DNA from: Eledone cirrhosa
Taxonomy: Eukaryota
Assembly: GCA_964016885.1 (NCBI GenBank)
Contig: OZ024748.1
Span: 42,656,001 to 42,720,000, forward strand
Reading direction: 5' to 3'
Length of the DNA stretch: 64,000 nt
Shown: piece after piece, positions 51,236 to 64,000 of the stretch
How positions within the stretch are numbered: the stretch's first letter is position 1
Layout of the letters: each line of letters opens with the position of its first letter
Notes under the pieces: model-generated
The model's database searches: none
Told to the model about the DNA's origin: nothing
The model's input: the letters and a program-made list of their open reading frames with translations, nothing else
Program-made: the position numbers and the translations under genes

Positions 51236-52145
51236 TAACATTATTTTAGAAATTAATATATAATTTAATTTAAATGTTAGTTAACCTATAAATTTAATTT
51301 AATTAAAATTCTACTACAGATGAGAATATAAAATATTGTGTAATCATAAATTGTGAAAAACCTTTAAATATTACTAATATATACTTAGTAATTTAATTTA
51401 TAGATTAATTTTAATTTATTTAACCCTTTATTAAAATTCCTTTACAGATAAAATATAACAAAATATCGTGTATTCAATGACAGAGAAATAATTTTTAGTA
51501 TTACAGACCTAATTAATATACATTTTAGAAATATATTTATAATTTGGTTTTAAATTTGGTCAACCTAAAAATTTAATTTAATTGGCTTAAAATTAGTATC
51601 CTAATACAGACGGATTGCAGAGTGTCATGTAATCATAGAATGGGATGGGTTTTGGATGTATACCTAGTTGATTTATTCTTTGCAATTTTTGAAAAAATAT
51701 GTATATGTATGTATATATGTGTATGTGTATGTATGTATATATATGTGTATATATATATGTATGTATATGTATATGTGTATGTATTAATTTTAATTTCTGT
51801 TTACATATAATTATATTCTACTATTGATAAAATACAATATCTGTTTTATTTATTATATACCTAATTAACATATACTATAGAAATTAATATATAATTTTTA
51901 ATTTAGTTAACCTATAATTTATATTCTACTACCGATGTAATACTTTATTTGTTTTTTCCCTATTACTAAATTCATTTCCTAATATTGATACCATAACGTT
52001 GATAATTTTAATTTAGTTATACTATAATTAATACTCTACTACTATTTAACTTCAAAATTCTGCTTCAAATATTATAAACCTAAGTAATTTACACCTTAGA
52101 AATCAATATATTAACTATCTTTAGTTTAGTTAACCTATAATTAAT
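51222..52145 (+). repeat. Degenerate ~100-140-bp AT-rich repeats in the PLE 3' region
   Basis: ACCTAATTAA...TAGAAAT...TTAGTTAACCTATAA recurs near 51225, 51505, 51860, 51975 and 52075. Confidence 0.6.
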
Positions 52146-52319
52146 GGTATACTTATATTGAAATGAAATAATTTTGCCTTCTTTCTTGCATTTCCTAATA
52201 CTGAAACTATGTAAACACATATTGAGATCCAAATACAGATTAATATTCTATGTTTCTTGAAACATATATTTACTATAATCCCCTTCCCCCCCCCCCCTTT
52301 CCCCCCCTACTATTATTAT

Positions 52320-52446
52320 TTGTATTTGTAAGCGTGTATGTATGTATGTATATGTAGGTAGGTGTGTATATATGTTTGGGTGTTTATTTGTAAGTATAAA
52401 AATACATATATGCGCATGCAAATAAGGGTGTATGATTGTGTGTATA

Positions 52447-52511
<65 letters not shown>

Positions 52512-52735
52512 ATACGTGTATGTATATATATATATGTGTGTATGTATGTGTGTGTATATATGTGTTGTATATGTATGTCTCTCTATATATATGTGTATCT
52601 TTGTATCTATGTGGGTATATGTGTGTATGTACATGTATGCACATGTATATGTCTATGTGTATATGTGTGTATGTGTATATGTGTACGTATGTGCGCATAT
52701 ATATGTGAGTGTGTGTGTGTGTGTATATATATGTA

Positions 52736-52780
<45 letters not shown>

Positions 52781-52832
52781 TATTATTATAATATAATATA
52801 TGTATATATATATATATGTGAAAATATGTATA

Positions 52833-52867
<35 letters not shown>

Positions 52868-53104
52868 TGTATATTTGTAGTTGATGTGTGTATATGTATG
52901 TATATATATGTGTGTGTGTATGTATGTGTGTATATATATGTATGTGTGTGTGTGTATGTGTGTGTGTGTATATATATATATATACATATATGTATATGTA
53001 TGTGTGCATATTTGTCTGACTGTGTGTATTAAATTTTTTTTTTTTTTATATATGTATGTGTATGTGTATGTATGTATGTATGTATGTGTGTGCATGTCTA
53101 TATA

Positions 53105-53147
<43 letters not shown>
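52320..53147. repeat. (TA)n/(TG)n/(TATG)n compound microsatellite
   Basis: Directly visible. Confidence 0.95.
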
Positions 53148-53149
<2 letters not shown>

Positions 53150-54104
53150 TAGACATGAAAAATGCGCAAGCTCAAAAGTGCCACAGAATGTTATAATAAA
53201 CCTTCAAAAGTGTGGGACTAGAGTTGTTGCTAAAAAATATTGTAATCATTATATATCGTACATTCTGTGGCATCCTTTATAAAAATAGCTTAAACCAACG
53301 AAGCCTTTATTTTTACGCTATTTCACTTAGTTAATTCTTAGAGTGTAACATATAAAAATATCATTTACAACTATAAAATAAATTAATTAATATAATAACA
53401 GAGCTGCGGAGCTGAAATTTAGGAAATAATGGAGTATCGGATCCTGAGTTGGAGCCAGTCAATTTTTGGCCGACTCCGCAGCCCTGTATAATACATTTCA
53501 TATTAAAGTTATTAATAAACCTATTTTACACTTCATGCAAATTACCACGAGATATTGATATTAGATATAAGATACAGCGCAATATCTACAGCTGTAAAAG
53601 TACGAAAGCGAAGTAATAATAAGTGGCTTAAGGTAATTCCAATATGAAAGTTTGTAGTGATAAAAATTTGATAATGCAATACGATTGTTAATATTATAGT
53701 TCTATGAAAATGTAACAATAGATAACTAAATTATTTTACTATTAGTATATTTAAGAAATTATCATTATAGATTTGATCGTTCATATAAGCATCATATTAA
53801 GTTTCAACACAATTATTTTGTTACTATGAGTATATGATAATAATATTACGTAATTATTTATAGCTGTTCTTACATTAAACATAGATGTATTTATTTTTAT
53901 ATGTTACACTCTAAGAATTAACTAAGTGAAATAGCGTAAAAATAAAGGCTTCGTTGGTTTAAGCTATTTTTATAAAGGATGCCACAGAATGTACGATATA
54001 TAATGATTACAATATTTTTTAGCAACAACTCTAGTCCCACACTTTTGAAGGTTTATTATAACATTCTGTGGCACTTTTGAGCTTGCGCATTTTTCATGTC
54101 TAGT
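53148..54104. mobile_element. Foldback/MITE-like element with 213-bp terminal inverted repeats
   Basis: 53148-53360 is the reverse complement of 53892-54104 (no mismatch seen by eye). Ends ACTAG...CTAGT, no clear TSD. Confidence 0.85.
53399..53486. mobile_element. 88-bp hAT-type mini-MITE nested in the foldback element
   Basis: TIRs CAGAGCTGCGGAG / CTCCGCAGCCCTG, imperfect 8-bp TSD TATAATAA / TATAATAC. Confidence 0.75.
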
Positions 54105-54659
54105 TTAATATTTTTTTAAGGCAACGCTTGTAATAACTCTAGTTAAACAGGATATATATTAATAATAAATTATCGTTGTAATGTAATTAGATTATGTAAT
54201 TGTTATTATAAATTATCTTATAAATATTAGTGTAAGATGTATAAAAATATTTTCAGACTTTTAATATAAACAACTACAAAAAACAATCAATATTAAATCA
54301 ATATATTATACATAATAGAAAACATAAAATATACAATACAAAAACAAAATATTTACATACAATTGCAATTATCAGTGTATATACATTTTCTTTATATTCC
54401 CTGAGCAAATTAATAAGATTTGTTTTTATTGTACATAATTTGATGACTTGTTGGAGTGTATTAAAAGATAGCAACAATTTGTGATTAAATTGTTATCTTA
54501 AGCAACTCACTTTTTAATAGTTGTTGGCTGAGCGAAATTGTAAAAGCCTATGAGCAAATATAAAAAAAAATACACAAACAACATTTCCTGGTGTTATTAC
54601 AACATTAGATAAAATAATTGAGCAATGTCGTTATATTTTGCTCTTATTGCACATTAATA

Positions 54660-54825
54660 GTGTTTCTATTTTTCGGCACAAATCCATTACGGCAGTCCAT
54701 TACTGGTACTTTATTTTATCGAATTAGTAAGTATGAAAGTCGAAGTTAACCTCGGCAGGATTTGAACTTAGAATGCAAAGGACCATAACAATACTGCAAA
54801 GCATGGTGTCTGACGCTCTACCAAT
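54660..54825 (-). mobile_element. tRNA-derived SINE copy
   Basis: TTACTGGTACTTTATTTTATCG...CCTCGGCAGGATTTGAACT, matching 56.2 kb. Confidence 0.75.
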
Positions 54826-55296
54826 ACTTGTGTTGAGCTGGTCATTAATTTATGGTGGTCGTGCGTGGAGTAGAGCAATCGCTAGTTGAAATATTATGAA
54901 CAAAACATTTTTATTTGCCGAAGAACATATTTTCAATACTGTTTGTGAATCTGACGAAGGAAATACATTCTGATATGGAACAGTGTACAAAGTGTGTCTG
55001 TGAATAACATAATGTTACCTCATGTTGTTGTCAAGACATAATGGATTTCGTATATCCAATTAGAAGATGAAACCTAGCCATCTCGGATTAGTTATATTTC
55101 ATGCCATGTGTAAACGTGTTTGAGGATAGCAAAATATGCGTGTTTCTTGTCTGGAAACTTTCTGCTAAACTGATTGGTTTCGTTTTTGGCACTATACAAT
55201 ACTCATCCAACAGATAGCTGTATTGGATCCTTGATTGGTTAATATTTAGGTGAGGGTGCTTGATGCAGAGTTAGTGCAAAATGGATCAATGAGTGT

Positions 55297-55950
55297 AATA
55301 ATAATAATGATAATAATAATGAAAATATTGTGTACAATGCTGAGGTGCACTACAACTCATCAAAAGTGCATATATAATACATAGGGTAATATAAAAACGT
55401 CAGGAAAAAAGAACAGTGCATGAGTCATGATATACACATATGTGCATGTGTATGGAAGGGGGACATCAGGTGTAGTTTTGGTGTATTTCGGAATGTATGA
55501 TGGTTTTAAAGGATGCAGTGTGTCATCAGCTAACAACTGATGCAGGAAGTTTGTTCCATCCTTCAGCAACTCTGAGCATGAATAAATATTTCCTAAAGTC
55601 ATGGGAGCTGTGTTGTTTTCTGACTTTGTAGGCATGTCCACGTGTTAGACACATGGAGATCAAAAAGGTGTTCGGGGTTGTTGTTGGTCGGATGGTTAAT
55701 AACTTTGTGGGTGTTTACCAAGTCCATTGCCAGAGGGAAGCAAAATATTCAGGGTATGGTAGGTGTCTGATGGAGGGTATGCGCTTGGTTGCATGTCTCT
55801 GAACAGTTTCCAGGAGGTCAATGTTCTGAGCAAGATAGGGGTTCCAGACTGATGACGCGAACTCCAAGTGTATTCGTACCATAGATGTATACAGCTTTAA
55901 ATAGATGGCTGGAGAGCAGCTAATGAAGGTCTTGCTGATTGATGCCAAGT
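55297..55950 (-). mobile_element. CR1-clade LINE 3' fragment with (ATT)n tail
   Basis: LYTSMVRIHLEFASSVWNPY....DLLETVQRHATKRIP matches the typical CR1 ORF2 C-terminus. (AAT)n at 55297-55320. Confidence 0.85.
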
Positions 55951-56135
55951 CAATCTTAATAAATTGACTGATTTATCTGTTCACTACTGCTAATCCACCG
56001 CTGTTTGTACAATTTTTTAGATAATGTCAATTTGAGCTTGAATCATTGGCGTAATGAAATTTGAAAAGATTATAAGCAAATCTTTTTTTAAATACACAGA
56101 CAACATTTAACTGTATCGTTGCAACATTAGATCTA

Positions 56136-56316
56136 ATAATTGTTTCTACTTTAGGCACAAGGCCAGCAATTACCCAGTGCATTACTGGTACTTTATTTTA
56201 TCTACCCCGTAAGGATGAAAGGCAAAGTCAACCTCGGCAGGATTTGAACTCAGATCGTAAAGGGACGTAACTATGCTGGAAAGCATGGCATCCGACCCTC
56301 TACCAGTACTGCCAAA
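56136..56316 (-). mobile_element. tRNA-derived SINE copy, near full length
   Basis: Reverse complement of the 22.7-kb SINE plus an A-box-like 5' end (TGGCAGTACTGGTAGAG) and B box GAGTTCAAATCC. Confidence 0.85.
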
Positions 56317-56341
56317 ATAATGAAGCAACATTTGTGCAGAA

Positions 56342-56806
56342 TTATTGTTTGTGCAATAAGATATTTGCAGATCTGTACTTGGTCTGCTCTTTAGCCAACT
56401 CGGTACGTTTAGAAGCTCTACGCTCGGCTTGCTTTTGAGATATAATAGCTGAATTTGCAGATCTATACTTGGCCTGCTTGTTTGCCAACTCATACCGTTT
56501 TGAACATCTATACTTGGCCTGTTTTTGTGTTAATTTAGCAAAATTCACAGCTCTATAATCGGCCTGTTTTTGTCTCAACTTCTCCCGATTCCGCATCCGG
56601 TAAGCTGCTTTCACATCCAATTTAATACGCCCATCTAGATTATTAGCACAGGAATGTGAACAAGCTTGTGGGACTGCATCATTGTAAGTATATGAACTGC
56701 CTGCAACATCAAGACCCAATTCACAAGTGCAGCGTTGCTCATTCACATCGGCAGTGGGGACACCAAAATCAGTGACAGGTCTCGATTCACTCGCGAGATA
56801 CATCAC
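56342..56806 (-). other. Open frame with 15-aa K/Q/Y/R helical repeats, probably a transposon ORF fragment
   Basis: QKQADYRAVN / QKQAKYRCSK / NKQAKYRSAN / QKQAERRASK / KEQTKYRSAN periodicity. Family not determined. Confidence 0.4.
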
Positions 56807-56834
56807 AGCTACACTATATATTTAAACATATATA

Positions 56835-56895
56835 CAGTGATACCTCGCTACTTGGCGGTTCAACTATCGCGGATTCACGATTTCGCGCATTTTTA
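56835..56895 (+). mobile_element. pogo/Tigger-like MITE end
   Basis: TA|CAGTGATACCTCGCTACTTGGCGGTTCA..ATCGCGG resembles Tigger-type TIRs. Partner end not seen. Confidence 0.5.
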
Positions 56896-56973
56896 GAATA
56901 TATATATGAACACCTAAAATTTTTCATTAAATCCATTAAAATATTAATAATAAACACAGTTCTAATCATACGC

Positions 56974-57005
<32 letters not shown>

Positions 57006-57094
57006 TAAGTAATTAATACCGTATAAATGGTACAAAGACTGTTTATGTAAAATGTATTTCTCAACAGAGTATTGAATACTTAGGAGAAATTCAA

Positions 57095-57285
57095 AACGAA
57101 GAGTGATAAAATTTCAAGCAAAGAGTTTAATTAGGTAATGACTTACAAATTTGTTTCAGTATATAGACAAAGCCTGAAGCGCTAATTATAATAATTAGTT
57201 AATAATATTATATTAAAGATATACTGAAACAAATTTGTAAGCCATTACCTAATTAAACTCTTTGCTTGAAATGTTATCATTCTTC

Positions 57286-57288
<3 letters not shown>
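57095..57288. repeat. Inverted repeat with ~70-bp arms and ~55-bp spacer, abutting (GA)n
   Basis: AACGAAGAGTGATAAAATTTCAAGC...CAGTATAT versus ATATACTG...GCTTGAAATGTTATCATTCTTCGTT, few mismatches. Confidence 0.85.
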
Positions 57289-57326
<38 letters not shown>

Positions 57327-57694
57327 TCTAGTCCTTCGCTCAAGATTAATCTATAAGTTTAGATGTCTGCCTTCGTTTAAGTAAATATTACAGTAAGATT
57401 TTTAATATAAACAACTACAAAAAACAATTAATATTAAAACGAAAAAATTATCAATGATAAAAGAAGCGGATGCAACTTTTTTTTTTTATAAAGTTATATT
57501 CCTGTTTCTTTAAAGAACATTTCATTTTTGTTCTATTGTAGGCGAAATAATGCAATGGTTTAATAGGGAAGATATAACTTACCAATTATGTCTCTAACCG
57601 TGTAACGCTTTTGAAGTAGATAACTACAATTGAAAATACTAAAGAAATGGAACCAACAATTCAATTTGAAAGTCGTCTACTTATAGTGACAGTG

Positions 57695-57742
57695 TATTAC
57701 TGGTACTTTATTTTATCGACCCCGTAACGATGAAAGGCAAAA
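57695..57742 (-). mobile_element. SINE central fragment
   Basis: TTACTGGTACTTTATTTTATCGACCCCGTAACGATGAAAGGCAAA. Confidence 0.65.
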
Positions 57743-58104
57743 ATGCAAATGTTTAAAATTTAAATTGCCTTAATTCTATCGTCTGCTGTTTCATTAAAGG
57801 GAGATTCTCGTCTGTATTTAATTCTATCGTCTACTGTTCCACTAAACAGATATACCTCCACTATCGTCTCTATTTATACATTTTAACTTATAACTTATAC
57901 ACATTTGATTTGAAATATTTTATCTAGTCCCCCCTCTCAATATTATGATGATTTCTTTCGAATGAAACAGTTCTAGTCCTGTAGAAGCCATTTATATATA
58001 TAATTGAACTGAGTTAAAAATTCACAATATTTATAATTAAATAAGCTCATATATATATGTGTGTATTTATCTGTTTATTGTATTATATATAATGTGTGTA
58101 TATA

Positions 58105-58140
58105 CAGGATGTCCCCCACAAATATATACACACTTCAACA
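58105..58140 (+). mobile_element. Tc1/mariner-like TIR remnant
   Basis: TA|CAGGATGTCCCCCACAAAT..TACACACTT. Only one end seen. Confidence 0.35.
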
Positions 58141-58657
58141 GCATTCTAATAACTATTGCCTGTACAGGTAATCAAAGTGTCAATCGAATGTTAGTTTCGT
58201 GTTTTAACAGTACAAATTTACAATACACACATAAAACCAGTGTATATACATACATGAGTGTGTATACACATACATGAATGTGTATATACAATATATATGT
58301 ATATATATATATATAGACACATATATTCACGGTGCAACGGAACATTAAAATATAGATGCGGGAGGGGGGTGTATATATAGGGGCGCTGGGGATAAAAAGG
58401 AGTGTAAAGCGTGTGTAATTGATATATTGAAGGAGAGGAGCGTGCAGCGATAGAGTAACAAATATATAGAGAGGGGGAGAGATGGTATTGAAGGGGAGGA
58501 GTGCAAAGAGTAAGAGAGATATATATAGAGACGGAACAGATAGAGAGAAACAGGCGTAAGTAACAGTGGAAAAGATATATAGAGAGGGGGAAATGTGTTA
58601 TTGAAGGGGAGGAGTGTAAAGCGAAAGCGTAGGATATATATAGAGAGAGGGGGAATA

Positions 58658-58721
<64 letters not shown>

Positions 58722-58872
58722 AGACTTACTCTGATTGGTTGAAAATTGGCCAATGACATACGATCACCACCACCACGGCTATCCCCGAAAAATTTATGAA
58801 GAAGCTAGGCATATATGTTAGAACACGAAAAGTGAACATTCTGTTGTTTCACACTTTTCGTGTTCTAACAGA

Positions 58873-64000
<5,128 letters not shown>

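Noticed and set aside
48295-53282. Short Y/I/C/V/H/T-rich ORFs around the PLE
   Set aside because: Microsatellite translations. Only 49097-51235 has real motifs.
54945-55000. Hammerhead at CTGACGA
   Set aside because: GAAA and stems I/III are not convincingly present.
56240-56316. tRNA gene
   Set aside because: The A/B boxes belong to a SINE head, and no cloverleaf can be formed.

Overview
Eukaryotic, AT-rich DNA made almost entirely of repeats. I found no intact host gene, rRNA, tRNA or CRISPR. The SINE and RTE sequences resemble, from memory only, those of octopus or cephalopod assemblies. Layout: 1-12.7 kb is a cluster of four Tx1-type (L1 clade) LINE copies tied to (GATA)n/(TATC)n tracts, one interrupted by a hAT MITE carrying a 40-bp minisatellite. 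12.8-19.4 kb holds Penelope-like (PLE) fragments with several hammerhead ribozyme motifs and a nearly intact RTE LINE with a PHD-type finger inside its RT. 20-23 kb holds a 42-bp minisatellite within possible degraded exons that have 22-25-nt GT-AG micro-intron candidates. 23-47.6 kb is a 24.6-kb satellite of a 58-bp self-complementary monomer with nested block duplications. 48-58.9 kb holds a long PLE ORF (RT + GIY-YIG), a 213-bp-TIR foldback element, SINEs, and CR1 and DNA-transposon fragments. From 58.9 kb to the end is (TA)n/(TATATACA)n containing an RTE-derived non-autonomous element. Most ORFs in the supplied track beyond 48 kb are microsatellite artefacts. All alignments and folds were done by eye.
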